NCBI GenBank assembly: GCA_038250515.1
Contig: JBBSCG010000003.1
Span: 23,675-87,674 of the forward strand
DNA: 64,000 nt
Reading direction: 5' to 3'
DNA from: Candidatus Limnocylindria bacterium
GTDB lineage: Bacteria; Chloroflexota; Limnocylindria; QHBO01
The notes under the pieces were generated by a model. That model searched no databases. It worked only from the letters and a program-made list of their open reading frames with translations, and was not told the DNA's origin. Position 1 is the stretch's first letter. Each line of letters begins with the position of its first letter. The position numbers and the translations under genes are program-made. Below are positions 1 to 9,590 of this stretch, one piece after another.

Positions 1-644
1 CCGGCGGTCCGCTCCCGCCCTCGCCGGCACGGTTGCATCCCGATGAGCGCTGGCTCTGGCTCGAGCATCACCCCCTGCGGGCGCGGATCAGCGCTCCGGT
101 CGATCTCGGCGGCATCGGCAAGGGTCTCGCGCTGCGCTGGGCGGCGGCGGCGGTGCGCAGACTCGGCGTCGACAGCTTCCTGATCGTGGCGGGTGGCGAC
201 GTGGTCGCCGGTGCGGCGCCATCACCGGACGCAGCCTGGCGGATCGCGATCGAGCACCCGCATGCTCCGGATCCGGCCGCACTCATCGAGGTCCACGACT
301 GCGGCGTGGCAACGAGCTCGCTCGCAGTGAGGCGGTGGATCGGAGCCGATGGCCTGCCGGCCCACCACCTCATCGATCCGCGCACCGGGCACCCGGCCCC
401 TTCGAACGTGGCATCGGTGACGGTCATTGCGGCCGATCCCGCCTGGGCCGAGGTCTGGTCGAAGGTCGGGTTCGTCGGCGGCATCGAAGCAATCGCGGGC
501 AGACCAGCCTGGTGGTTGACGTGCGCAGGTGAGCTCGAGACGTCGAAGCGGGCGGCCGATCTCACGGTGTGGCAGCGGCGGTCAGTTGCCGCGGGTTCAG
601 AGCGTGATGGCCACCTGCCGCATCCATCGGCTGGTGGTCATTGA
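1..644 (+). CDS. FAD:protein FMN transferase (ApbE family), C-terminal part; 5' end lies outside the window
   Basis: Frame of ORF 33..644 is open to the window edge. DLGGIGKG motif and overall composition are typical of ApbE. The exact 3' end is uncertain. Confidence 0.55.
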   Translation, partial: GGPLPPSPARLHPDERWLWLEHHPLRARISAPVDLGGIGKGLALRWAAAAVRRLGVDSFLIVAGGDVVAGAAPSPDAAWRIAIEHPHAPDPAALIEVHDCGVATSSLAVRRWIGADGLPAHHLIDPRTGHPAPSNVASVTVIAADPAWAEVWSKVGFVGGIEAIAGRPAWWLTCAGELETSKRAADLTVWQRRSVAAGSERDGHLPHPSAGGH

Positions 645-730
645 CGACGAAGACCGCGCGATCGGAATCGTCAGCGCGCTCGACCTGCGCCGAACGATCC
701 TGGACGACCCGTCCGTCGTCTGATGGCGGG

Positions 731-3265
731 TCAGGCGATCCAGATTCGACCTGGTCGCAGCGTTCGGATCAACTCCGCGAGCAGCGCCGGCGCCAGGGCA
801 ATCACGGCGATCACCAACCACTCGCCGGCGTCGAGGGGGTGCGCACGGAACGCGCTGGCGAGCGCGGGGACCGCCGGGATCAACAGCTGAACAAGGACCA
901 CGATCCCGCACGCGATCGCGAGCAGCCAGCTCGGTCGCAGCCGATGAATCGGCTCGATCAGGCTCCTGTTCGCGTATGCACGGACGACCTGGCCGATGAC
1001 CAGCGCTGTGTAGGCGACCCATCGCAGCTCGTCGAACTCATCGGTCCCGACCAGGAGGACGGCCAGCGCGGCAAACGCCGTGAAACCGCCGGCGACGGCG
1101 ATCCGCACCAGGATGCCGGTGGTCAGCAGCGGTTCACCACGACGCCGCGGCGGATGGGTCATGGCATCGGGCTCTGCCGGCTCGCGCTCGAAGGCGACCG
1201 AGGTCGACAGATCGATGAACAGCTCGAGCCACAGGATCTGGAGCGGCAGCAGCGGCTGGCCGAACCCGGCGATCGTCGCGATCAGGATGAATCCAAGCAG
1301 CGCGACGTGGGTCGAAACGATGAACACGAGCCCCTTCTGCACGTTGGCCACGATGCGTCGGCCCTCGCGCAGCGCGTTCATCAGCGTGGCGAACGAGTCG
1401 TCTCCGAGCACCAGGTCGGATGCCTCTCGTGCCACGGCTGTGCCGCTGCCCATCGCGACCGCTACGTCGGCGTTATTCAGCGCCGGCGCATCGTTCACGC
1501 CGTCGCCGGTGACCGCCACCGTCCGATCCGCGGCGCGCGCCAGACGAACGAGGCGCAGCTTCTGCTCGGGCAACGCTCGCGCCACGATGCGCAGCTCGGG
1601 AAGCAGGTCTCGAACCTCGTCATCGGTCAACATGGCGAGCTGGGGACCACTGATCTCGCGTCCCGGGGGCAACCCGGCCGAGGCAGCGATGGCGGCCGCT
1701 GTGGTCGAGTGATCGCCGGTCACGACGACCGCCTGGATGCCCGCGCCGGTGGCCATCGCCATCGCTGCGGGCACGTCGTCGCGAAGCGCATCGGCGAAGC
1801 AGAGCACCCCGCGTGGGCGCCAATCGTGGCCATCTCGCCGTTCGGCGAGAAGCACCAGGCGGCCGCCGTGCCCGGCCTGCGCGTGGAGGAGATCCTCCCA
1901 ACCCGCGCGCTCTGTCGCAGCAAGGTCCGCGCTGAAGCCGAGCACAACCTCGGGCGCGCCGAGCGCCAGCTCACGCGTTCCCGCGCCGTCGACCAGCGTC
2001 GCCTGTGAATAGGGCCGGCCGGCACCAGGGCCGGTGACGCCCCGCAGCTCTTCACGCGCGAGCGGTGCAGCCGCGCCGACCCGGTCCCGGGCGGCCTCGA
2101 TGGCGCGGGTGAACGAGCTGCGATGCGCGGCGACATCGCTCCACGCCTCCTCCTGGGTGCGCAGTGCGTCGAGGAGGACCTCTTCGCTACCCTCTCGTGT
2201 GAGCGAGGTTCCCGGCGCGAGCACGTCTAGCAGCTCGAGCCGGTTGCGCGTCAGCGTTCCAGTCTTATCGGTGATGATCAGATCGACGGCGCCAAGCGTC
2301 TCCTGCGCAGACAGGCGCCGCACCAGGACGCCGCGTCGCAGTAGCCGGTACGCGCCGAGTCCCAGGATGACAGCCAGCAGGACGGGCGGCTCCTCGGGGA
2401 TCGCCGCGATCGCCGCGGAGATGCCGGCCAGCAGATTCGCGCCGGCCGGCTGGCCGCGCAGGAAGCCGAGCCCGACGGTGATGACGATCAGCACCGTGGC
2501 GACGACCAGCAGGATGCGCACAAGCCGGTCGAGCTCGCGTTGCAGCGGCGAGCGGCCGCGATCAGCACGCCCGAGGCGACCGGCAATATTTCCCAGCTCA
2601 GTCCGCGGACCGGTGGCGACGACCATCGCGCGTCCGCGTCCCTCGACGACGCTTGTGCCGGCATACACCATCGAGTGACGCTCGAGGACCGGCGAGTCGG
2701 CGGAGTCCGCGCCAACGCGGGCCGACTCCGGGACCGATTCGCCGGTCAGCACGCTGCGGTCGATGAGCAGCGCGGATGCCTCCAGGACCCGGCCGTCCGC
2801 CGGGAGCACATCGCCGGCGTTGAGCAGCAACACGTCGCCTGGCACCACTTCCCCCGCCGCGACCTCGAGATCGCGCCCGCCCCGGAGGACGTGGGCACGT
2901 GGCGCGGCCGCCGCGTGGAGCGCCTCGAGCGCCCGCTCCGAGCGGTACGTCGTGACGACGCCCGCGCCGACGATAGGAATCAGGCCGGCAAGGACGAACA
3001 GGCCGTCGCGCACCTCCCCGAGGAGCACGGCACCGATGCCGGCCGCCGCGAGCAACAGCACGAACGGCTCGGTCATCGCCTCGCGGAGCGCCACCCACAC
3101 GGACGGTCGCTGCAGAGCCTTCAGCTCGTTGCGCCCGACGACGGCCAGACGCGCCGCGGCGGCCGCCCGAGTCAAACCGGTTGCCGGATCCACCTCCAGC
3201 GCCGCCGCGACCTCAGCCGGTCCGCGGGCGTGCGGATCGGTCAGCCCAATCGTTTGCCCAGTCAC
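731..3265 (-). CDS. Cation-transporting P-type ATPase (type II, Ca2+/Mg2+-like; CtpF-like)
   Basis: 844 aa ORF. DKTGTLT phosphorylation motif, TGDGVNDAPAL hinge, TGES actuator motif, about 10 predicted TM helices. Confidence 0.9.
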   Translation of the reverse strand: MTGQTIGLTDPHARGPAEVAAALEVDPATGLTRAAAAARLAVVGRNELKALQRPSVWVALREAMTEPFVLLLAAAGIGAVLLGEVRDGLFVLAGLIPIVGAGVVTTYRSERALEALHAAAAPRAHVLRGGRDLEVAAGEVVPGDVLLLNAGDVLPADGRVLEASALLIDRSVLTGESVPESARVGADSADSPVLERHSMVYAGTSVVEGRGRAMVVATGPRTELGNIAGRLGRADRGRSPLQRELDRLVRILLVVATVLIVITVGLGFLRGQPAGANLLAGISAAIAAIPEEPPVLLAVILGLGAYRLLRRGVLVRRLSAQETLGAVDLIITDKTGTLTRNRLELLDVLAPGTSLTREGSEEVLLDALRTQEEAWSDVAAHRSSFTRAIEAARDRVGAAAPLAREELRGVTGPGAGRPYSQATLVDGAGTRELALGAPEVVLGFSADLAATERAGWEDLLHAQAGHGGRLVLLAERRDGHDWRPRGVLCFADALRDDVPAAMAMATGAGIQAVVVTGDHSTTAAAIAASAGLPPGREISGPQLAMLTDDEVRDLLPELRIVARALPEQKLRLVRLARAADRTVAVTGDGVNDAPALNNADVAVAMGSGTAVAREASDLVLGDDSFATLMNALREGRRIVANVQKGLVFIVSTHVALLGFILIATIAGFGQPLLPLQILWLELFIDLSTSVAFEREPAEPDAMTHPPRRRGEPLLTTGILVRIAVAGGFTAFAALAVLLVGTDEFDELRWVAYTALVIGQVVRAYANRSLIEPIHRLRPSWLLAIACGIVVLVQLLIPAVPALASAFRAHPLDAGEWLVIAVIALAPALLAELIRTLRPGRIWIA

Positions 3266-3293
3266 TACGGCTATGATGCGCTACGAGACTGCG

Positions 3294-4052
3294 CTACCGT
3301 GCCGTCCAGCCGCCGTCGACGTAGATCTCCGATCCGGTCATGTACGAGGCTGCATCCGTCGCCATGAAGGCGATGACGTCGCCGATCTCCTCCGGGCGTC
3401 CCCATCGGCCCATCGGCGTCGAGTCGATGATCGCCGTCTCGGTGGGGGTGCCCTTCAGCGACTCGACCAGCGGCGTGTCGATGAAGCCGGGATGGATCGA
3501 GTTGACCCGGACACCCTCCTTGGCGTAGCGGATCGCGGCGTTCTTGGTCATCAGCCGCACCGCGCCCTTGCTGGCGTGGTAGGCGATCGATGCGCCAAAG
3601 CCACCGACCGCGCCGAAGATTGAGCTGACGTTGACGATCGAGCCACCGTCGCCGGCCTTCATCTTCGGGATCGCGGCCTTCATTCCCAGCCAGACGCCCT
3701 CCTGGTTGATGGCGATCGTCCGATCCCAGCCCTCGGTCGTCTCCTGCTCCACATCGGCCATGGAGCCGATGCCCGCATTGTTGACCAGGACGTCGACGCG
3801 CCCAAACTCGGCGGCAGTCCGGTCGACCAGCTGTTGCCATTGCCCCTCATCGGTCACGTCAAGATGCGCGTACTGCACAGAGCCGCCCTCGGCGCCGATC
3901 TCGCGCGCCAGGTCCTCGCCCTCGTCGTCCAGCACGTCCGTTGCAATGACCGTAGCCCCGTCGCGCGTCAGCGACCGGACTGTCGCTGCGCCGATGCCTC
4001 GTGCGGCCCCGGTGACGATCGCCACCTTGCCGCGCAGTGTCTCTGCCATGGC
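3294..4052 (-). CDS. SDR-family short-chain dehydrogenase/reductase
   Basis: TGAARGIG cofactor motif, NNAG, and YHASK catalytic motif. Start refined to the ATG coding MAETLRGKVAIVTG at complement 4050..4052. Confidence 0.85.
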   Translation of the reverse strand, partial: AMAETLRGKVAIVTGAARGIGAATVRSLTRDGATVIATDVLDDEGEDLAREIGAEGGSVQYAHLDVTDEGQWQQLVDRTAAEFGRVDVLVNNAGIGSMADVEQETTEGWDRTIAINQEGVWLGMKAAIPKMKAGDGGSIVNVSSIFGAVGGFGASIAYHASKGAVRLMTKNAAIRYAKEGVRVNSIHPGFIDTPLVESLKGTPTETAIIDSTPMGRWGRPEEIGDVIAFMATDAASYMTGSEIYVDGGWTAR

Positions 4053-4135
4053 TCTCGTGCCTCTGTTACGTGTTATCGCCCGACGAGCGATCGCCGCGCG
4101 AGTCCATTGTCGTACGACCGATGCCGCACAGCGAG

Positions 4136-4407
4136 TGCCGAACGTCATCACGCCACGGGCCACCGGTCGGGCCGAACGTCATGCCGCCAGCCTGTACCAG
4201 GTCACGCTCCCGGACGGCCGCCTGTACCTCATCTGCTTCTCCGATCGGGAGCCGGACTGGGGCGGCCCATATCGGATCAGCGAAGCGCAGCTCCGCGGCG
4301 CGTTCGCCGATGGCTGGCAGGTCGAATCGGTCGAGCCGTCGACGTTCGCGACCGGCTTCGAGGGCGGAGCGGCGCAAGCCTGGCTGGCGCGGATCCGCCG
4401 CAGCTAG
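4136..4407 (+). pseudogene. Short C-terminal fragment resembling a SAM-dependent methyltransferase tail (orphan fragment)
   Basis: Only about 90 codons from a GTG. Protein-like C-terminus (YLICFSDREPDWGGPYRISEAQLRGAFADGWQVESVEP) with no upstream catalytic region. Confidence 0.3.
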
Positions 4408-4419
4408 CTCGCGGAGAGA

Positions 4420-4872
4420 TCAGGGCACCCAGTCGCGCTCCCGCGGATCGTCGAGGACGCCGCACTCCGGGCAGGCGGTCGCCAGGAACTTGAACCATTC
4501 CTCGAGCGCGCGGGCGTCCGGCAAGCCGTCGGCCTCCGGCGCGTCGATCGTCTCGTAGACCTGACCGTAGCGATCGACGATCGCCACGCGATGCTGCGCC
4601 TCGCCGCCCGGCTCGAGGGCAATCACCCGACCGTCCCACGCGGCAAGGTCGTCGCGCGCCACATCCAGCCCCGCGAGATACGCGTCGAGACCAGCTGCGT
4701 CGGGTAACACGAAGGCAGTCGCGTCCAGCCGGCGTGCGAGGCCGAACTCGACGGTCTCCGGTGGCAAGAGCTCGCCGACCCGCGCGCTTCGGATGAGCGA
4801 CGCCAGCCGCCCGGCCTCGACTTGCAGTGTCAAATGAGCTCGATCATCAGCTCCGGGATGATGTCGGCGCAT
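4420..4872 (-). CDS. Hypothetical protein (CPEC-containing C-terminus)
   Basis: 150 aa ORF with protein-like composition and no recognisable family. It may be frameshift-connected to ORF 4830..5012. Confidence 0.45.
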   Translation of the reverse strand: MRRHHPGADDRAHLTLQVEAGRLASLIRSARVGELLPPETVEFGLARRLDATAFVLPDAAGLDAYLAGLDVARDDLAAWDGRVIALEPGGEAQHRVAIVDRYGQVYETIDAPEADGLPDARALEEWFKFLATACPECGVLDDPRERDWVP

Positions 4873-5104
4873 CGGTCGTGATCGCCAGCCTCGGCCTCGT
4901 CAGCGAAGCCGCAGGCCCAGCGGTCGAGCATCTGGTCGCGCGTGACGACATCGGTTTGAGCCGTGGCGTCGACCTCGTCGCGCGCTGCATCGGCCTCGGT
5001 CAGGACAAGCATGTGAACTCTCCTTTACTGCTGCCTTATGAAACCAGCGCAGGCCAGCCCTGCGACAGGGCCGCACGGCTCACGATCACCGGGCCGTCGG
5101 TCAC

Positions 5105-5560
5105 TCAGGCCGGCTGCACGACGTTGGCCGCAGCCGTTCGACCGATGCGAACGCGCCACACCTGCGGCCCCTGCTCGATGTAGTCCCAGCTGAACGTCCC
5201 ACCCTGCTCGGCGGCGAACTGGTAGTAGAGCGGCTTGGGATCGTGGTCGTTCACCAGCACGAAGGCCGTGCCGACGTCGAGCGCGTCGAACGCCTCGAAG
5301 ATCATGGTGTGCCGGCGGGCCGGCGGGTCGTTGCGCACGTCGAGAACAAGATCGTCAGTCACCGGTTTGCTCCTCTCAGCTGTTGCCTGCGCGGCTTCCT
5401 CGAGCCGCGCCAGGTGATGCATCTCGCCGTCGATGCGGGATGCGATGCGCGGCTTATCGCGCCGTACGCTTGCGTAGGCCTCTGCGGCCAGTCGATTGGC
5501 CGCCTCGGGCTGACCGGCGGTGCCAAGCCGTCGCAGGGCCTTGATGAGCACCCCGGCCAA
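5105..5560 (-). CDS. DUF2249-domain protein
   Basis: C-terminal half (MIFEAFDALDVGTAFVLVNDHDPKPLYYQ...FSWDYIEQGPQVWRVRI) matches DUF2249. This family typically sits next to hemerythrin genes. Confidence 0.7.
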   Translation of the reverse strand: MAGVLIKALRRLGTAGQPEAANRLAAEAYASVRRDKPRIASRIDGEMHHLARLEEAAQATAERSKPVTDDLVLDVRNDPPARRHTMIFEAFDALDVGTAFVLVNDHDPKPLYYQFAAEQGGTFSWDYIEQGPQVWRVRIGRTAAANVVQPA

Positions 5561-5580
5561 CCCGTCGACGGCGGAATCGG

Positions 5581-6054
5581 TCAGTTGTCGTCCCGTCCGC
5601 TGCCCAGCAGCTCGTGCATGCCGCCGAGCAGATCGGCGAGCGACACGTTCTCGTCTGCGACCAGCGCTGGGATCAGCAGGTCGTTCTCCTTGGTGAGGTG
5701 TGACTCGAAGAGCGCCAGGATGGCGCTGCCCAGGCCGATCGCCTGGACCGCATCGCTGGCGTCTCGGAACGCGTCGACGTGCGCGACCAGATTGCGATGC
5801 TCGTCACGCATGGCGCGCACCAGTAATGCGGTCACGCCCGTGTCGCCCGCCGGGTAGAGCGCCCGTTCCTCCGCGATCGCATGCGGCAGCAGCTCACCCT
5901 CGAGAAAGTCGAGCACCGCCTGCTGCTCCGCAAAGTGCGGCTGTCGCGCCTGGACGGCGGCGCCGAGTCCGGCGACCCGCCTGCGCAGTCCCATCTCGAG
6001 CTCGGCATGGTGAGTGCGCATGGCATCGGCCGCCTGCGCATCGGTGAAGGTCAT
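5581..6054 (-). CDS. Hemerythrin-domain (HHE cation-binding) protein
   Basis: Repeated H..E / HHAELE / HxxxE motifs of hemerythrin-like di-iron proteins. Start refined to the ATG for MTFTDAQA at complement 6052..6054. Confidence 0.75.
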   Translation of the reverse strand: MTFTDAQAADAMRTHHAELEMGLRRRVAGLGAAVQARQPHFAEQQAVLDFLEGELLPHAIAEERALYPAGDTGVTALLVRAMRDEHRNLVAHVDAFRDASDAVQAIGLGSAILALFESHLTKENDLLIPALVADENVSLADLLGGMHELLGSGRDDN

Positions 6055-6067
6055 CACTTCGGGCTCC

Positions 6068-6120
6068 TTGCCGGAATTCCGTGAACACTTGATATTTACG
6101 CCGACTTCCGTGCAAAATGC
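6068..6120. promoter_or_regulatory. Divergent promoter/operator region between the hemerythrin and ArsR-like genes
   Basis: TTGCCG-17-GATATT promoter-like pair on the + strand. Perfect 10-bp palindrome CGGAATTCCG (6072..6081). Direct repeats TTCCGTGAACA / TTCCGTGCAAA (6077, 6106). Confidence 0.4.
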
Positions 6121-6124
6121 AAGC

Positions 6125-6790
6125 ATGACTTCTCCGCTGGTGCGACATCGGGTCCTGGCCGGCATCAGCCGTTCGCGGCTGTTGGCGGTGTTGCTTCAGG
6201 CGTCTGGACCGATGGGCGTTCGCGAGCTGGCCGATGCGGTCGATCTCCATCCAAATACCGCCCGCGAGCACCTCGATCAGCTGGTCGCCGTCGGGCTCGT
6301 CATCCGCGACACGGCTCAGTCGAGCGGACGCGGCCGTCCGGCGCTGCGCTACCTCGCGCAGTCCGACGCGGGCGAGGAGGATCCCCAGGCCTATCGAGCG
6401 CTCGCCGGCGTGCTGGCCAATGAGCTTGCGCGGCGCCCAGATGCGCCGACTGCGGCTACGAAGGCCGGGGAGCGCTGGGGCCATGCTCTCGCCGATGGCC
6501 TACCGTCGACGCCAACCGATGGCGATGCAGTCGCTCGTCTTGTCAGCCTGCTCGATGACACAGGCTTCGCCCCCGAGGCACCCGACGGATCCGACAACAC
6601 AATCAGGCTGCGCCATTGCCCGTTCGGAACGCTGGCGCGAGACCGCCGCGACGTGGTCTGCGCGGTCCACCTGGGCCTGATGCGCGGCGCGCTGCACGAG
6701 CTGGGCGCGCCGCTGGAGGCCATCGGCCTTGAGCCATTCGTCGAACCGAGCCTCTGTCTGGCGCACCTGGGAGCACGAGACGGTGGCTGA
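6125..6790 (+). CDS. ArsR-family (winged HTH) transcriptional regulator with C-terminal Cys/His-rich domain
   Basis: N-terminal LLAVLLQASGPMGVRELADAVDLHPNTAREHLDQLVAVGLV HTH. Divergent from the hemerythrin gene. Start at the ATG coding MTSPLVRH. Confidence 0.75.
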   Translation: MTSPLVRHRVLAGISRSRLLAVLLQASGPMGVRELADAVDLHPNTAREHLDQLVAVGLVIRDTAQSSGRGRPALRYLAQSDAGEEDPQAYRALAGVLANELARRPDAPTAATKAGERWGHALADGLPSTPTDGDAVARLVSLLDDTGFAPEAPDGSDNTIRLRHCPFGTLARDRRDVVCAVHLGLMRGALHELGAPLEAIGLEPFVEPSLCLAHLGARDGG

Positions 6791-6797
6791 GCGATCG

Positions 6798-7127
6798 ATG
6801 GATCTCTCTGACCTGCTCGCGACGCCGGTCAATCAGAGCGCAGTCACCGAACAGCTGCGCACGGTGATCGACCCGGAGCTCGGCGTGAACATCGTCGACC
6901 TGGGACTCGTCTACGACGCCGAGGTGGTCGACGGCGTGGCGCGGGTGCTGATGACGACCACCACCCCGGCCTGCCCCATCGGCGCCTACCTGTCGGATGG
7001 CATCCGCTGGGCGCTGCTCGGCCTGGACGGCGTGCTCGACGTGGCCGTCGAGCTGACACACGAACCGCCCTGGTCCCCCGACAAGATGACCGATACCGCC
7101 AAGGCACAGCTCGGCTGGAACCGATGA
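6798..7127 (+). CDS. DUF59 / MIP18-family Fe-S assembly protein (SufT-like)
   Basis: LRTVIDPELGVNIVDLGLVY ... TTPACPIG motif of DUF59. Start refined to the ATG for MDLSDLL. Confidence 0.8.
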   Translation: MDLSDLLATPVNQSAVTEQLRTVIDPELGVNIVDLGLVYDAEVVDGVARVLMTTTTPACPIGAYLSDGIRWALLGLDGVLDVAVELTHEPPWSPDKMTDTAKAQLGWNR

Positions 7128-8263
7128 TCGACCGGCGCAGCCTAGCGTTGCTCACGCTCGGTGGCGCGTCGCTGTTGGCCGGCCTCACCGGGGCCCTGGC
7201 GCTGCTCGGCCTGGCAGTGGCGCCCGGCACCGCCCACCTCGCGGCGGCCCACGGCCTGCTGATGGCGCTCGGCTTCCTGGGCACCATGATCGCCCTGGAG
7301 CGGGCGGTCGCACTGGGCGCGCGCTGGGCCTACCTCGCCCCGCTGGCCGCCGGGCTGGCCGCCGTGGCGCTCGTGCTCGGCATGCCGCACCTGCTCGCCG
7401 GCCTCCTCTTCCTGATCGGTGGCCTCACCTTCGTCGCCATGTACGTCGCCTTCGACCGCATCGAGGCGTCGCTGCACACCCGGGTCCAGGCCGCCGGGGC
7501 GCTCGCCTGGCCCGTCGCCGTACTGCTCTGGCTGACCGGCCGCCCGGTGAGCGCCATCGTCCCCTGGCTGGCGGCCTTTCTGGTGCTCACCATCGCCGGG
7601 GAGCGGCTCGAGCTGTCGCGCCTCGGCCGGCTCTCGCGGCGCGCCCGTCTGACCTTCATCGGCGCCGCGGCGCTCTTCTGCGCGGGCGTCATCGTGAGCG
7701 TGGCCGGCCCCGAGACCGGGACGCGGCTCGCCGGCATCGGCCTGGTGGCGGTGGCAGCCTGGCTGGCGAGCCATGACCTGGCGCGCCGGACCGTCCGGAT
7801 GGCAGGCGTCACCCGGTACATCGCCGCGTGCCTGCTCGTCGGCTACGGCTGGCTGGCCGTCGCTGGGATCTCGTGGCTGGTGTTCGGCGCGGGCAGCCCT
7901 TCCGCGTACGACGCGATGCTGCACACCCTCTTCCTGGGCTTCGTGATCTCGATGGTCTTCGGCCACGCGCCGGTCATCGTGCCGTCCGTGCTCCGCGTGC
8001 CACTCCCCTATCACCCGCGCTTCTACACGCACCTGGCGCTGCTGCATGCCGGGCTGCTGCTGCGGGTGGTCGGCGGCGACCTGCTCGGAGCTCGGCCGCT
8101 GTGGCAGGCCGGCGGCATGCTAAACGTGCTCGCGCTGCTGCTCTTCGTTGCCTCGTCCGCCATCGCGGTCGTCCAAGGCCTCGCTTCGCGGCGACCGCAC
8201 CCGCCGCGGCGGGTGGTCGGCGACGTTCAGCGGATCCAACGAGAGGCCATCCGCATCGACTGA
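7124..8263 (+). CDS. Polytopic integral membrane protein, unknown function
   Basis: 379 aa with about 10 hydrophobic helices. ATG overlaps the DUF59 stop (ATGA). Confidence 0.7.
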   Translation: MIDRRSLALLTLGGASLLAGLTGALALLGLAVAPGTAHLAAAHGLLMALGFLGTMIALERAVALGARWAYLAPLAAGLAAVALVLGMPHLLAGLLFLIGGLTFVAMYVAFDRIEASLHTRVQAAGALAWPVAVLLWLTGRPVSAIVPWLAAFLVLTIAGERLELSRLGRLSRRARLTFIGAAALFCAGVIVSVAGPETGTRLAGIGLVAVAAWLASHDLARRTVRMAGVTRYIAACLLVGYGWLAVAGISWLVFGAGSPSAYDAMLHTLFLGFVISMVFGHAPVIVPSVLRVPLPYHPRFYTHLALLHAGLLLRVVGGDLLGARPLWQAGGMLNVLALLLFVASSAIAVVQGLASRRPHPPRRVVGDVQRIQREAIRID

Positions 8264-8279
8264 GAGAGCTCGGCGCGTG

Positions 8280-9590
8280 TCAGCCGCGAACCGGGTTCGA
8301 TGAGCCCACAAGCAGTGCGGCGACCAGCAGGCCGATGGCGGCGACCAGCGCGCCGCCGAGCAGGATTGCTCCCGCGGCAATCAGTGGCCCGATGCCGAGG
8401 CCCAGCCCGGTCCACAACAGGAGCACACCCAGGTTCCAGGCCACGATGCGCAGAGAGCCCCAGCGCGACAGCACCTCGCGCTGCCGCGCCTTGGCGGCCA
8501 TGTCGCCCGGGCCGACCGCCGGCAGGAGGTGTCCCCACGCGCCGACCAGTTCCTGCAGCGCCCAACCGCCGATGAGCGGCACCGCCATGGCGCCAACCGA
8601 CCAGGCTGGGGGCGCAACGCCATCGCGCACGAGCCCGACCAGCGCCGTCGCCACCGTCACCACGAACCACGCCATGCCGGCGATGCCATGGCGCGCCGTC
8701 AGGGCATGCCAGGCCAGGTCGTTCGCCCATCGGCCGCGGCGGCGCCACACATCCACGCCGTAGCCGAGCAGCCCCAGCCCGCCGGCCAGCGTCGTCGCCG
8801 CCCCGGCCACCGCGATCGCCTGCGCTTCCAGCGCCGCGCCCGCCGCGACGATCGGCGGTCCGATGAGCAGCCCGAACACCGCCACCGCCATGCTCGGATG
8901 CGGCCGGATGCGCGTCCCGAGCATCGTCGGGTAGAGGTAAATCAAGGTTCCGGTGATCGTCAGCGACACGAAGCCGAACACGTTCAGCCAGACGTGCGCC
9001 GGCTTCAGCGCGATCCAATGCGAAGCGACCGGCCCCCAGCCGAGCAGCAGCAGGATCGCCAGCGACGCGCCCACCGTCATGTCGGTGAGCGCGACGCCGT
9101 AGGTCACCTGCACGATCGGGTGTCGACGCGCGAGCCCGGATCGCATGGGGGCATACGTGTTCCAGGCGGTGATCCCTAGACCGATGAGGACCAGCAGGCC
9201 ACTCCCGGCCGCCACGCGATTACCGGCCAGTGGCCGGCCGAGCGCCACGCCGGCCATGCCGAGCGCCAGGCAGAGCACACCCGCCAGGCGCACGCGGGCC
9301 GGCTCCGCGCGCGTCCCCGCCAGCGTCACGCCGAAGTGCGGCATGAAGGTGCCGATCGCGACGGTCGTCGCGCCGGCCAGCGCCAGGTGGATCGCGGTCC
9401 AGCCATGAAGCGGTCCGAACGGCATCAGGCCGCCAACGAGGGAAAGGACCACGAAGCTTGCCGCCAGGGCAACGCCCAGCTGCAGGATGGTGCGTTCGGT
9501 GAGACGTCGAGATGCCGGAGCTGCATCACGCCGCTCCGGCATCGGACCGATGACCAGGTCCATCGGGTCAGTTGAGCGGATCGCCATCAC
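8280..9590 (-). CDS. Polytopic membrane protein, possibly NnrS-like (NO-response heme-copper membrane protein)
   Basis: 436 aa, about 12 TM helices with conserved His in TM segments. It overlaps the 3' end of nirK on the same strand (operon). The NnrS assignment is tentative. Confidence 0.65.
   Translation of the reverse strand: MMAIRSTDPMDLVIGPMPERRDAAPASRRLTERTILQLGVALAASFVVLSLVGGLMPFGPLHGWTAIHLALAGATTVAIGTFMPHFGVTLAGTRAEPARVRLAGVLCLALGMAGVALGRPLAGNRVAAGSGLLVLIGLGITAWNTYAPMRSGLARRHPIVQVTYGVALTDMTVGASLAILLLLGWGPVASHWIALKPAHVWLNVFGFVSLTITGTLIYLYPTMLGTRIRPHPSMAVAVFGLLIGPPIVAAGAALEAQAIAVAGAATTLAGGLGLLGYGVDVWRRRGRWANDLAWHALTARHGIAGMAWFVVTVATALVGLVRDGVAPPAWSVGAMAVPLIGGWALQELVGAWGHLLPAVGPGDMAAKARQREVLSRWGSLRIVAWNLGVLLLWTGLGLGIGPLIAAGAILLGGALVAAIGLLVAALLVGSSNPVRG

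Noticed and set aside
641-2008. 455-aa ORF antisense to the P-type ATPase gene
   Set aside because: Arg/Gly/Asp-rich low-complexity translation typical of the antisense frame in high-GC DNA. The opposite strand encodes a well-supported ATPase.
7142-8047. 301-aa minus-strand ORF inside the membrane-protein gene
   Set aside because: Highly charged repetitive composition. It overlaps a coherent multi-TM protein on the + strand.
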